NCBI GenBank assembly: GCA_963825135.1
Contig: CAWGRW010000009.1
Coordinates: 1,184,001 to 1,248,000, forward strand
Origin: an uncultured bacterium
Lineage (GTDB): Bacteria; Desulfobacterota_D; UBA1144; Nemesobacterales; UBA2774
Direction of reading: 5' to 3'
Length of the DNA stretch: 64,000 bases
Shown piece after piece: positions 21,393 to 30,283 of the stretch. The position numbers and the translations under genes are program-made. A model generated the notes under the pieces. The model was not told where the DNA came from, did not search any database, and was given only the letters and a program-made list of their open reading frames with translations. The stretch's first letter is position 1. Each line of letters opens with the position of its first letter.

Positions 21393-22157
21393 TTATTTAA
21401 TTACCTTCGCGATCAGGTGGTGCCCGACACCCTTAACGAGTTTTCTTGGGATTAGATTGAAGGCCGGAACAAAAAGATAGTTGTATAAGTATGAGGTGGC
21501 GCCCCTGTTTAATTTAGTTTTAACCGGATACCGGTCTGTAACAATCTCAAGCCTTGAGAAACAACTCAACAGCCCACGGAGCTGATTTATAGAATACTGT
21601 CTGAAGACTGGGGCGTCGTCTCTCATCAGTCCGATATTAAAAGTCGTGTGGAGAAAGTTCAGCCACGAATCAGAGTGATATACGACAAGACACGCCTCAC
21701 CGCCCGGTTTAAGAACCCGGTGCATTTCCTCTACCATCCTTTTAGGGCTCGGCGTGTAGGAAAGGGGTGAGTGAGAGTAAATCGCATCGAAGCTGTTGTC
21801 TCCAAAATTTAAATCCTCTCCGTTCATTTGAAGAACCTCTCCGGAAATCCTTTCAAGCTCCAAATGTTTTCTCGCCAGCGCTACAGCAAAATCCGTAAGA
21901 TCCACCCCTGTAACTATCGCTCCCCCCTTGGCAAAACTAATAAGATCGGTACCGAAACCACAGCCCACTTCCAATAATTTCTTTCCTTTATAACCGTCAA
22001 AGTCAACGTGCCTTTTCAGGTAATTGAGCTTTTGATAATGATACTTCTCGACGTCGCGAAAGAATTCGACAGTCCCCGGAGGGTCTTTTGACACTTCGAA
22101 CTCGTGCGGTTTCTTAGTCCAGTATTCCCTTACAAGATCTATTTGAGTTTGTTTCAT
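21393..22157 (-). CDS. Class I SAM-dependent methyltransferase
   Basis: LLEVGCGFGTD, FDAIYS, RVLKPGG. Confidence 0.9.
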   Translation of the reverse strand: MKQTQIDLVREYWTKKPHEFEVSKDPPGTVEFFRDVEKYHYQKLNYLKRHVDFDGYKGKKLLEVGCGFGTDLISFAKGGAIVTGVDLTDFAVALARKHLELERISGEVLQMNGEDLNFGDNSFDAIYSHSPLSYTPSPKRMVEEMHRVLKPGGEACLVVYHSDSWLNFLHTTFNIGLMRDDAPVFRQYSINQLRGLLSCFSRLEIVTDRYPVKTKLNRGATSYLYNYLFVPAFNLIPRKLVKGVGHHLIAKVIK

Positions 22158-22215
22158 TTTTTTCGCCCGCGCATGCTGCTGGGTAATATTATTTCAAAAT
22201 TGAAGCGTGATCGAA

Positions 22216-23403
22216 TCATCTCATTATAGGGCTCTCTGATGTGATAAGGTCGAGTATTTGTCTGACCTTTTCTATTTTTTCTTCGGAACTGTAATTAGTT
22301 TCAAAATATCGCTTGGACCTTGTACCCAGTCCTTCAGCATAAGAAGGATCGTCCAGGAGCGAGATTACACCGTACGCAATTGATTCGGGGCGAGGATCGA
22401 CCAAAACGGCTATTTCGTTATTTAGAATTTGAGTGTGCGCTTCAATGTTTGTAGCCACTATCGGCTTTCCCGATTGCATGTAGTTGTAGATTTTCAGGGG
22501 AGGGTTAGTGCCTGTAATCCTCGTGGATATCAGAACATCGGCAATGTTTACAAACGCCGGCAGCGCCTCTACGGGTAACGACCCGGTAAAATGAAAATTA
22601 GATATAATCCCGAGCTGTTCAATGAGCTTACTCAGGCTTTTAATCTGCTGAGGTCTGCCGCCGATTAGAACGAACAGTACGTCATCCCTTTGTTTTGCTA
22701 TCAGATTTGCGGATTCGATGAGAAGCTCCAGTCCCTGATAAACTTCGAACGTCCCCGCGTATAATACTATTTTCCTGCAGGCTATACCAAGCTGGGGAAG
22801 CTCGACAGAAGTCAAACCCAGGTTACTGATATCCGGGGAATCGGGTGTCGGACCGTTCTCTATCATTACACTAGCCACCCTGTCGTTGATTCTCCTGACA
22901 TAATTATCCAGCATCGGGGAGACGGTAATGACGCCATGGCTTGAATTGATTACCCACCTTTCAATTAATTCGAGCATAGATATTATGGGGGAATAGCCGG
23001 AATACCCGAAATTTCTCATAGCCTGCGGAATGGAAGAATGAAAATCATACAGGTGTCTGACTTTGAAAATTTTAGAGAGCGCCACACCGAATATAGAAGC
23101 CTCTTCATGCGAATGCAGAAGGTCGTACCGGTTCTTTATCAAGATGCGGACCGCTTTAATAATAACGAAAGCGTCGAGAAAGATTTTATTTATAGAAGGT
23201 CCCACGGCTACTTCTTTAATAAACGGGAAATTCATTATGCGGTGAATTCTTACGCCGGGAATTATGACGTCCTCTCCCAAATGATATGTTATGACGTCCA
23301 CCTCATGTCCGAGTTCGGAAAAAGCCGCCAGCCTGGATTTGATAGCGATAGGCGTACCGCGCGGAGAAAAAAAGGGCTGTGGCGCTAACATTAATATTTT
23401 CAT
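22216..23403 (-). CDS. Glycosyltransferase family 4
   Basis: MKILMLAPQPFFSPRGTP, YAGTFEVYQG, PLKIYNYMQSGKPIVAT. Confidence 0.92.
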   Translation of the reverse strand: MKILMLAPQPFFSPRGTPIAIKSRLAAFSELGHEVDVITYHLGEDVIIPGVRIHRIMNFPFIKEVAVGPSINKIFLDAFVIIKAVRILIKNRYDLLHSHEEASIFGVALSKIFKVRHLYDFHSSIPQAMRNFGYSGYSPIISMLELIERWVINSSHGVITVSPMLDNYVRRINDRVASVMIENGPTPDSPDISNLGLTSVELPQLGIACRKIVLYAGTFEVYQGLELLIESANLIAKQRDDVLFVLIGGRPQQIKSLSKLIEQLGIISNFHFTGSLPVEALPAFVNIADVLISTRITGTNPPLKIYNYMQSGKPIVATNIEAHTQILNNEIAVLVDPRPESIAYGVISLLDDPSYAEGLGTRSKRYFETNYSSEEKIEKVRQILDLITSESPIMR

Positions 23404-23440
23404 GATTCAGGATTGGATCACCGGGCCCGGGGTTTCCCTC

Positions 23441-24421
23441 TCATTTCCTCGAATTTGTCTCTAAAACTTTCCTTATCATGTAAGTGGGTTTATTTTGGGT
23501 TTCATAGTGACTCCTTACGACGAGTTCACCCAATAATCCCATCGTGCCGAGCTGCACGCCGAATATAATTAAAAGCACCGCCATTAACAGGAGCGGTCTC
23601 TCCGCCAGGGGATGGCCGAAAAATATTTTGAGAAAGGATAGGTATGTAGCTATAACCAATCCCGAGAAGAGCGATGCAATCCCGAGCAAGCCGAAAATCC
23701 TGAGGGGGCTGGTAGAATAGCCTAAAAGAAACTTGACCGTGATCAAATCCAATATGACTCGCGGAGTCCTCATTATCCCGTACTTGGACTTGCCTGAATT
23801 TCTCCGCAGATGTTTTACCTCCACCTCGCCCACACTGACCCCCATCCAGCTTGCTATTGCCGGAATGAATCTGTGCATTTCGCCGTAAAGTTTTAAATTT
23901 TTAACTATCTCGCTTTTGTACGCTTTCAAAGAGCAGCCATAGTCGTGAAGCTCGATCCCCGTGATACGTGAGAGAATGAAATTTGCAATGCGGGAAGGCA
24001 ATTGTCTCGTTAGCGGACCATCGGCTCTGTATTTACGCCAGCCGCTGACGATATCGTACCCCTTCTCCATCTCCGCCAGCAGATTCGGGATGTCCGCCGG
24101 GTCGTTCTGCATGTCGCCGTCCATCGTCACGATAACGGCGCCCCTTGCCCGATCGAAGCCCGCTGTGAAGGCCGGGGTCTGGCCGAAGTTTCGGCGGAGG
24201 CTGATTACTATCAGGCTCGGGTCGCCCGATTGTAGTTTATTCATTATTTCGAAGCTGTTATCGGTGCTCCCGTCATCGACCATGATGATCTCGTAATTTC
24301 TCTTTATCTTATCGAGCGTCTCCTTCAGCTTATTGAATAGCGGAATAATATTCTCCGCTTCGTTAAATACGGGGATAACTATCGATAGCTCAACATCATT
24401 TACAGTCATGGTAGAGACCAT
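23441..24421 (-). CDS. Glycosyltransferase family 2 (polyprenyl-phosphate sugar transferase, ArnC/DPM1-like)
   Basis: SIVIPVFNE, DDGSTD, RRNFGQ, DGDMQNDP; two C-terminal TM helices. Confidence 0.93.
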   Translation of the reverse strand: MVSTMTVNDVELSIVIPVFNEAENIIPLFNKLKETLDKIKRNYEIIMVDDGSTDNSFEIMNKLQSGDPSLIVISLRRNFGQTPAFTAGFDRARGAVIVTMDGDMQNDPADIPNLLAEMEKGYDIVSGWRKYRADGPLTRQLPSRIANFILSRITGIELHDYGCSLKAYKSEIVKNLKLYGEMHRFIPAIASWMGVSVGEVEVKHLRRNSGKSKYGIMRTPRVILDLITVKFLLGYSTSPLRIFGLLGIASLFSGLVIATYLSFLKIFFGHPLAERPLLLMAVLLIIFGVQLGTMGLLGELVVRSHYETQNKPTYMIRKVLETNSRK

Positions 24422-24864
24422 TTTATCTTGATTGCTCCCGATTTGAAAGTGCGGGGGGTCGCGGGGTCGAATTCCGGCATGAGACGATCCCTCTTGAGCT
24501 ATACATGGTAATCACTTGCGGGAAAAGACTCGCGCGGACTTAACTAATGCTGAATATTGAGTGAAACGATGGCGGGCTTGGAGGAACGCAAAACCCTTCC
24601 GAATCGAATCAAACCCGCTGCCCGCATAAGGGGACATACAACTCCGCGCCCGCCCGGAATCGCACCAGGTGTACTCGGCGAATTCCCTACTTACGGGTCA
24701 CAAATCGTAAGGCTCAAGGGACAGGTCAGCTTGCTGATTAATCCGGTGTCTGTTGGCAGAAGTCTCCGGATCGTACGGCCTCTTAGACGTTATGCCGGTC
24801 GTTGTAAACACGCCGGCAGTCGGTTACCTTCACTTTTAAGTAATGCCAAAACTGGAGGTAAATC

Positions 24865-25479
24865 ATGCGCTCTGATATTCGTGAAGGTTTGCGGTTTCCC
24901 GACTATGAACTGCCTGACCACTCAGGCGACACGCGGAAGCTCTCGGACTTGCAGGGGAGCAACCCCTTGGTGCTCCACTTGTCGCGGGGCGGGTTCGACC
25001 CCAAGGAGCACAGATACCTCCGCCGCCTGGTCGACTCGTGGCCCGACTTCAAAGCCGCCTATACGCGAATCGTCGTGATATCGACGGATAACCAGCTCGA
25101 GATTAACGAGTTCCGCGACAGTCTGGGGGCGGAGTTCCCTTTCCTGTCCGACCCGGGTCGAAAGATTCAGAAGGACCTCGATATCCAGGAATACACCGAT
25201 CCGGTGCACGACCCTATGATTCCGCATACTTTCGTTCTCGAGCCCGGTCTGATTATCTCCAGGATTTATAACTGCTACTGGTACTGGGGCCGTCCCACGA
25301 TATCCGAACTGCACATCGACCTGCGGGCCGTATTCCGAAAAGTCCGTCCGGACTTCGACCTCAGCGCTCCCGGCCTGCGAGAGGCGTGGGAACGCGGCGA
25401 CCGGGATCAGTTCCTGGTCGCCCCGATCGAAAAAGCCATCCGCTATACCGAGGGGACATCGATAGGCGTCAAGCGGTGA
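24865..25479 (+). CDS. Redoxin/AhpC-TSA domain protein
   Basis: FPDYELPDH, VVISTD, FPFLSDP, YWYWGRP; GGAGG RBS. Confidence 0.8.
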   Translation: MRSDIREGLRFPDYELPDHSGDTRKLSDLQGSNPLVLHLSRGGFDPKEHRYLRRLVDSWPDFKAAYTRIVVISTDNQLEINEFRDSLGAEFPFLSDPGRKIQKDLDIQEYTDPVHDPMIPHTFVLEPGLIISRIYNCYWYWGRPTISELHIDLRAVFRKVRPDFDLSAPGLREAWERGDRDQFLVAPIEKAIRYTEGTSIGVKR

Positions 25480-25481
25480 GT

Positions 25482-26357
25482 TTAGGCAGCCTTCTTCCCG
25501 GCCGCGGTATTCTTGTCGAGAAATCGTTCGATGTGGCCGGCAATGACATCTACGTGCGATTCGAGCGTAAAGTGTCCGCCGTCGAGTAAATGGACCTCGA
25601 TATTCTTCAAATCCCGCTTGTATGCGGTTCCGCCTTCGTTGGTGAAGAATATGTCATTTGTTCCCCAAGCCACCAGGGTAGGAGGCTGGTGCTTTTTGAA
25701 GTAGGCTTGCAAGCCCGGATACCCTTTCAAGTTGTTTTGATAATCGTAGAGTAACTCGATCTGTATATCGACGCGTCCCGGTAGATTCAAGTAATAGAGA
25801 TCCATATTCCAGGCATCGGGGCTGACCTTTGCGGGGTCGGGCTCTCCGTTTACGTAAAGATACTTCACCGTGTCATGAGTAAGCACTTCCCTCAGGGGCT
25901 TTTCGGTACTTTCGTTCCTGTTTTTCCATAGCTCCCTTACAGGATCGAAGCCTTTTCCGATGCCCTCCTCGTAAGCGTTCGAGTTTTGAATTATCAGGGC
26001 CTCTATCCACTCCGGATGCCTGGCCGCGATACGAAATCCCACGGGGCCGCCGTAGTCCTGGACGAACAGACTGAATGTGCTGAGCCCGATCTTCCGTATG
26101 AACTTCTCCATCACCTCGGAGAGATTATCGAAGCTGTATTCAAACTTGTCCACGGGAGGACTGTCGCTGTTGCCAAAACCGGGATAATCCGGCGCGACGA
26201 GATGGAACTTCCCGGACAAAGCCGTGATCAGGTTCCGGTAATAGTGGGACGACGAGGGAAATCCATGCAGCAATAGAATGGTCGGGGCGTCCTTCGGTCC
26301 CGCCTCCCTGTAAAATATTTCAAGCCCGTCTACTGCAATCGTACGATAATCCGTCAA
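25482..26357 (-). CDS. Alpha/beta hydrolase (epoxide hydrolase/dehalogenase-like)
   Basis: LLHGFPSSS, APDYPGFG, QDYGG nucleophile elbow, GGHF. Confidence 0.93.
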   Translation of the reverse strand: MTDYRTIAVDGLEIFYREAGPKDAPTILLLHGFPSSSHYYRNLITALSGKFHLVAPDYPGFGNSDSPPVDKFEYSFDNLSEVMEKFIRKIGLSTFSLFVQDYGGPVGFRIAARHPEWIEALIIQNSNAYEEGIGKGFDPVRELWKNRNESTEKPLREVLTHDTVKYLYVNGEPDPAKVSPDAWNMDLYYLNLPGRVDIQIELLYDYQNNLKGYPGLQAYFKKHQPPTLVAWGTNDIFFTNEGGTAYKRDLKNIEVHLLDGGHFTLESHVDVIAGHIERFLDKNTAAGKKAA

Positions 26358-26552
26358 TATAGCCTCCGCTGTTCAGTATTTAAAGAGTATTAGACGCAGT
26401 GGTTATGCCGAGGGATCCAGGTTATTTTTTTCCGCTTCATGGAGATGCCCCCCATGAGTAAAATTGAGACTGTCAAAAAAGCAGGTCCTGAATGTATACA
26501 TGCGGATTGTACAATCCCTAATCGTTTCAGAAGTTAACAAAATCCCGCATAC

Positions 26553-26597
26553 GGATTCCTGATCCCGGAGTCGGAGGTTCGAGCCCTCCCGGGGACG
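26553..26597 (+). other. 3' half of a tRNA-Arg(CCT) gene (att-site scar)
   Basis: GGA-TTCCTGA-TCCCG, T arm GGAGG-TTCGAGC-CCTCC, acceptor strand CGGGGAC-G; no D arm or 5' acceptor strand upstream. Confidence 0.75.
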
Positions 26598-26638
26598 CAA
26601 TGGTCTAATGTAGTTACAGCGCCCCGGGAGTGAATGAA

Positions 26639-26740
26639 CACAGGGCACTCGATAACATGACGCCTGAGGAGTATGTGAAAAAGCACGTAAAGACATCAGA
26701 AATCTCTAATTCACACGGTAGAGCTTTTGGGTGAGGCCCA
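26639..26740 (+). mobile_element. IS3-family transposase C-terminal remnant with right end
   Basis: Translates HRALDNMTPEEYVKKH...*, like the HSxLxxxTPxEF end of IS3 OrfB, then CTCTAATTC...GGGTGAGGCCCA resembling IS407-group right ends. Confidence 0.55.
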
Positions 26741-26977
26741 AAATATGTAAAACCTGACTTAAATCATGGACCTCTTACAGGGGAGCAGGACGGAGAACTG
26801 GTCTTGACACGGGGCTCTTTTTTTGAGATAGTAGGACTAGAAAAGGTTCATGCGTAAAATGGATTTATTTTGTTGCGGGCACGAAAGTTAGCATAGTAGT
26901 TTTTGCGGAATCTTTAGTACTTGGCCCGTCCAAATGACTGTCGTTCCGATGACATTAACACAATAAAGGAGAATGCC

Positions 26978-27295
26978 ATGAAGTACATGATCAGCTGGTT
27001 CGAGCGCCCGCAAGGTTCGCCTGCGGAGTACGAGAACGCCCAGAAGCGCATACTCGAAGTGTTCACTCAATGGAAGGCGCCCGACAATTTCAATATCGAA
27101 TTGTTCGTAGTGCGGGTCGGTGAGTGGGGCGGGCATTTGTTGGTGGACTGCGACGATCCCCTGGCTATTCACAAATTTTGTTCGACCTGGCCTGCTTTCG
27201 AATTCCAGGCACGGCCCGTGATTCCCGTGGAGGACGCTGTCCGCGTCGAGCTCGAGGCTATGGCCTGGCGGGATAGTCTGAAGAAAGGCAAATAA
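26978..27295 (+). CDS. DUF3303 family protein
   Basis: MKYMISW...WKAP...GEWGG...PVIPVEDA; AAGGAG RBS before ATG 26978. Confidence 0.8.
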   Translation: MKYMISWFERPQGSPAEYENAQKRILEVFTQWKAPDNFNIELFVVRVGEWGGHLLVDCDDPLAIHKFCSTWPAFEFQARPVIPVEDAVRVELEAMAWRDSLKKGK

Positions 27296-27316
27296 AGCGG
27301 CTATTTCCTTCGGCTG

Positions 27317-27796
27317 TCAATATGGCGTTCCGTCTTTGTGGACGAACTTCCACTTACCCTCCGCTAGCGAAGCCGCGAGATCGTCGTCGGGGTAGTGTCC
27401 TTCATCTCCCGGCGTTCTGTCGCCCACTTCGAGGTACACGACGTCCTCAGCGGTTTCGTTGATCAGATGGTGACCGTTGCCTGTGCCCGCTTTGAAACCT
27501 GCGCACATTCCCGGAGAGAGCACCGTATGACCTTCGTCCGTGTGTAATGTCGGACTACCCCGCAAGACGTAAATGAACTCGTCTTGTTTGGTGTGATAGT
27601 GACGGATAGACGAGATTGCATTGGGCGCCAGGCGTGTGAGGTTGACGCCAAAGTTGGTAAGGCCGAACAAATCTCCTAGCGGCCGTTTCTCCCTGCCCGT
27701 CATCTGTGAAGCGAATGGCTCAGGGTAGTTTGACGGCTTGGTCCGTGCGGGCGCCTCAGCCGCATCGACGGCGACAGGCCTTGTTTCTTGTGACAT
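27317..27796 (-). CDS. Cupin domain protein
   Basis: GLTNFGVN, RHYHTKQDEFIYVL, GHHLIN, YPDDDL; AGGAGG RBS before ATG 27796. Confidence 0.92.
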   Translation of the reverse strand: MSQETRPVAVDAAEAPARTKPSNYPEPFASQMTGREKRPLGDLFGLTNFGVNLTRLAPNAISSIRHYHTKQDEFIYVLRGSPTLHTDEGHTVLSPGMCAGFKAGTGNGHHLINETAEDVVYLEVGDRTPGDEGHYPDDDLAASLAEGKWKFVHKDGTPY

Positions 27797-28022
27797 ATAT
27801 GCCTCCTGATCCTGCATGGTGAGTTTCGGCGTATCCGGTTCCATCTTCATTTTTTGAATCCGGGTTCATCACATATCTGACGTCTGTAATCGGCTAATCG
27901 ATGAACTCTCGAAGCAGACACGTAAATCTTAGCAATAATTATATCCTTTGGTCAAATCGGCCAGGCGGATCGATGCCGGTCGAGTTATTTCCTTTGCTGC
28001 TTTACGGTTACATCGCCTGGTG

Positions 28023-28071
28023 CAATGGCGGGCGATGGGGGACTCGAACCCCCGGCCTCAGGCTTCGGAGG
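28023..28071 (-). repeat. 49-bp direct repeat of the tRNA-Arg(CCG) 3' end (att site)
   Basis: CAATGGCGGGCGATGGGGGACTCGAACCCCCGGCCTCAGGCTTCGGAGG identical to 30281-30329. Confidence 0.95.
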
Positions 28072-28270
28072 ACGCGAGCAAACTAGTAAAGCGTAATATA
28101 CATTCGTATTGAATCTCAGCAATCACAGAATGTTGAGTTGTTTTTCTACGCAACACCAATTTATACAGAATGGTGAATAACGGCACAATATGGACACTTA
28201 TATGGACACTTCCATTTTAATGCGTGGCCGAGCTTATGGTGTACTTACGCCAGATGTCCTTCACCACTCG

Positions 28271-28984
28271 TTATGCTGCGTTGTCGTTTGGTGTAACCAT
28301 GCAAAGAAACGCAACCCTTTTGTAAAAGGCCAAAACCCAAGCACTCATTGTATCGTGGCCTTGAACCCGTTGAAACCAATATGCAAAGACGTTTTCACCG
28401 AACACATTCGGTGAATTTCGTGTCACCTTATCGAAGATGTCAAGGACCCGCACCGTGGCATCGGAGTCGATGTTTGTAAGGCCCGCCGCAGAATAAGCGG
28501 TGACGTGAAAGTATTCGGGAATACGTTTGCCAAATTCGTGGAAATACAAACCGGTTGTGATTCTTGCGGCCACACGATCGAGACGGGAGAGATCGACATC
28601 ATATCCAGGTGCAGTTCCGAGGTAGATTCCACCAGCAGATAAGAGATCAAGATTACCCATGCTATTGAAGAATGCTTGCTGGAATCCCTTCTTCGATGGT
28701 TTTTGTAGGGATCGGTAGATCGAAGGCAGAATTGCTTTGACGGCGGGATGATCACCTGTATCGTGGCGCATGGAAATCACGAGCCGGAAGTATTCGTCGT
28801 CTCTGGATGCACCTTCGTTGCAAGATCGGCAACTGGGAACAGTGATCAGATTCGACGGTCTCGGTTTCGGAAAGAGAGTTTTCGGCGGAATGTGATCGTC
28901 GGTCAACGCTTCCGCACTACCGCAATAAACGCAAAAATAATTCGTAACATTGGGTCCGTCATATGTGTTGACTACCATTTTCAT
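28271..28984 (-). CDS. HNH endonuclease domain protein (Zn-binding)
   Basis: CVYCG...TDDHIPPK...NLITVPSCRSCN motif at the N-terminus. Confidence 0.85.
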   Translation of the reverse strand: MKMVVNTYDGPNVTNYFCVYCGSAEALTDDHIPPKTLFPKPRPSNLITVPSCRSCNEGASRDDEYFRLVISMRHDTGDHPAVKAILPSIYRSLQKPSKKGFQQAFFNSMGNLDLLSAGGIYLGTAPGYDVDLSRLDRVAARITTGLYFHEFGKRIPEYFHVTAYSAAGLTNIDSDATVRVLDIFDKVTRNSPNVFGENVFAYWFQRVQGHDTMSAWVLAFYKRVAFLCMVTPNDNAA

Positions 28985-30011
28985 ACTCTTGATCTATCTC
29001 TCCTAATAGTTCTAAAATATATGAATGTTTGTTAGATAAAAAGCTTGCGAAAATATAAGCATCTTTTTCAGACAAGGTACTCTTCTCGCCGTCTTCAAAG
29101 AAGGATTCAAGCTTTCTAATTGGATAGAGAACGTCGTCTATACCGTGGATAAATACATCGTTTGCGGGATATTCTCCTCTTTCTTTGAGCTTTTCTATTA
29201 GCTTGTTGTAACGATCATGAATAAGCTTCAAGCAAATAGCCCCAATCTTCCTATTTGAAGTTGTAAGAATGCCATCAAATACCTTTTCAAATTCGTAACT
29301 CATACCATGAGGGAGCAAGTTGACCAATTTTTCCATGCGAAACTTCTCCTTGTGTGCTTTCTCTTCCGCTTCCAATCTGCCCGTTAACGTGAACAGAATC
29401 GAGGAAATATATTTTCTTTGCTCGGCTACCCATCTAGGAATGTTGATGTCCCTATGCTCGGAGGTGCCATCGATGTAAAAAGAAAAGATACTAAAGCCGG
29501 CCGGACCCAGCGACGCTCTTGAGATATAATGATAGGAGATAGGCTTCGATTTTGTCTTGGCCCGTTTTGTGGGATGTCCAACAGCATCGTTCCGTATCCT
29601 ACGAATCTCTAATAGTATTGGGTAGTTGTTAATCTTCTCTGAAATTGCAAGCGATTCGCAAAGATTGTCAACTGCATCTTGCTGGACATACATTGCTTGG
29701 AGAAGCCCATAGACCGTAAGGTAGTAAACTGCCGTGCTATCTCCAAACTCCTTTGCCTCGAAAGCGGTAATCGCTTCTTCCGTGTCTCCGATCACATCAA
29801 GCGAACTGCAAAGTTGAGAAAACAACGGTTTGTTCTGTCGTAACTCATAATGCATTCGCGGATCGTTTATATGCTCGCGAATTTGTTTTATCCGGTTTTG
29901 AACTGGATTCACGTTTTCAGCCCTATCTTTGTGAGAGACGTTAAATATTTCTAAGCGCTTTACTTGCTGATTATACGAAATATTTCCATCTAACCAGATT
30001 AAGAATAACAA
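28959..30011 (-). CDS. Helical protein with HEPN-like RxxxxxH motif
   Basis: IRRIRNDAVGHPT motif preceded by LQAMYVQQDA; alternative GTG start at 29912; overlaps the HNH gene by 26 bp. Confidence 0.7.
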   Translation of the reverse strand: MLFLIWLDGNISYNQQVKRLEIFNVSHKDRAENVNPVQNRIKQIREHINDPRMHYELRQNKPLFSQLCSSLDVIGDTEEAITAFEAKEFGDSTAVYYLTVYGLLQAMYVQQDAVDNLCESLAISEKINNYPILLEIRRIRNDAVGHPTKRAKTKSKPISYHYISRASLGPAGFSIFSFYIDGTSEHRDINIPRWVAEQRKYISSILFTLTGRLEAEEKAHKEKFRMEKLVNLLPHGMSYEFEKVFDGILTTSNRKIGAICLKLIHDRYNKLIEKLKERGEYPANDVFIHGIDDVLYPIRKLESFFEDGEKSTLSEKDAYIFASFLSNKHSYILELLGEIDQEYENGSQHI

Positions 30012-30283
30012 AATTTGTAGATTTTATCTAACGTCTGTTATCTCTTTATAAGCTTTTCATGATAAGCCTGTGATAGTAGCGGACATTCCATATGGATGTA
30101 TTGATAGATGACATGGATGGTACGCGCTCAGGCGGTTCTATAAGCCGTCATCATCAATAGTGTGTATCGATAGATATACGACATGTGAATTGTGGACGCC
30201 CTGCGTGGACACTAGTATTAATATCACCACCCTCGTGTAAACAAAATACTCGATGTAATTAACTCTAAGCATTGAAAAAACAA

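Noticed and set aside
26520..26600. Complete tRNA gene
   Set aside because: No D arm or 5' acceptor strand; treated as an att scar.
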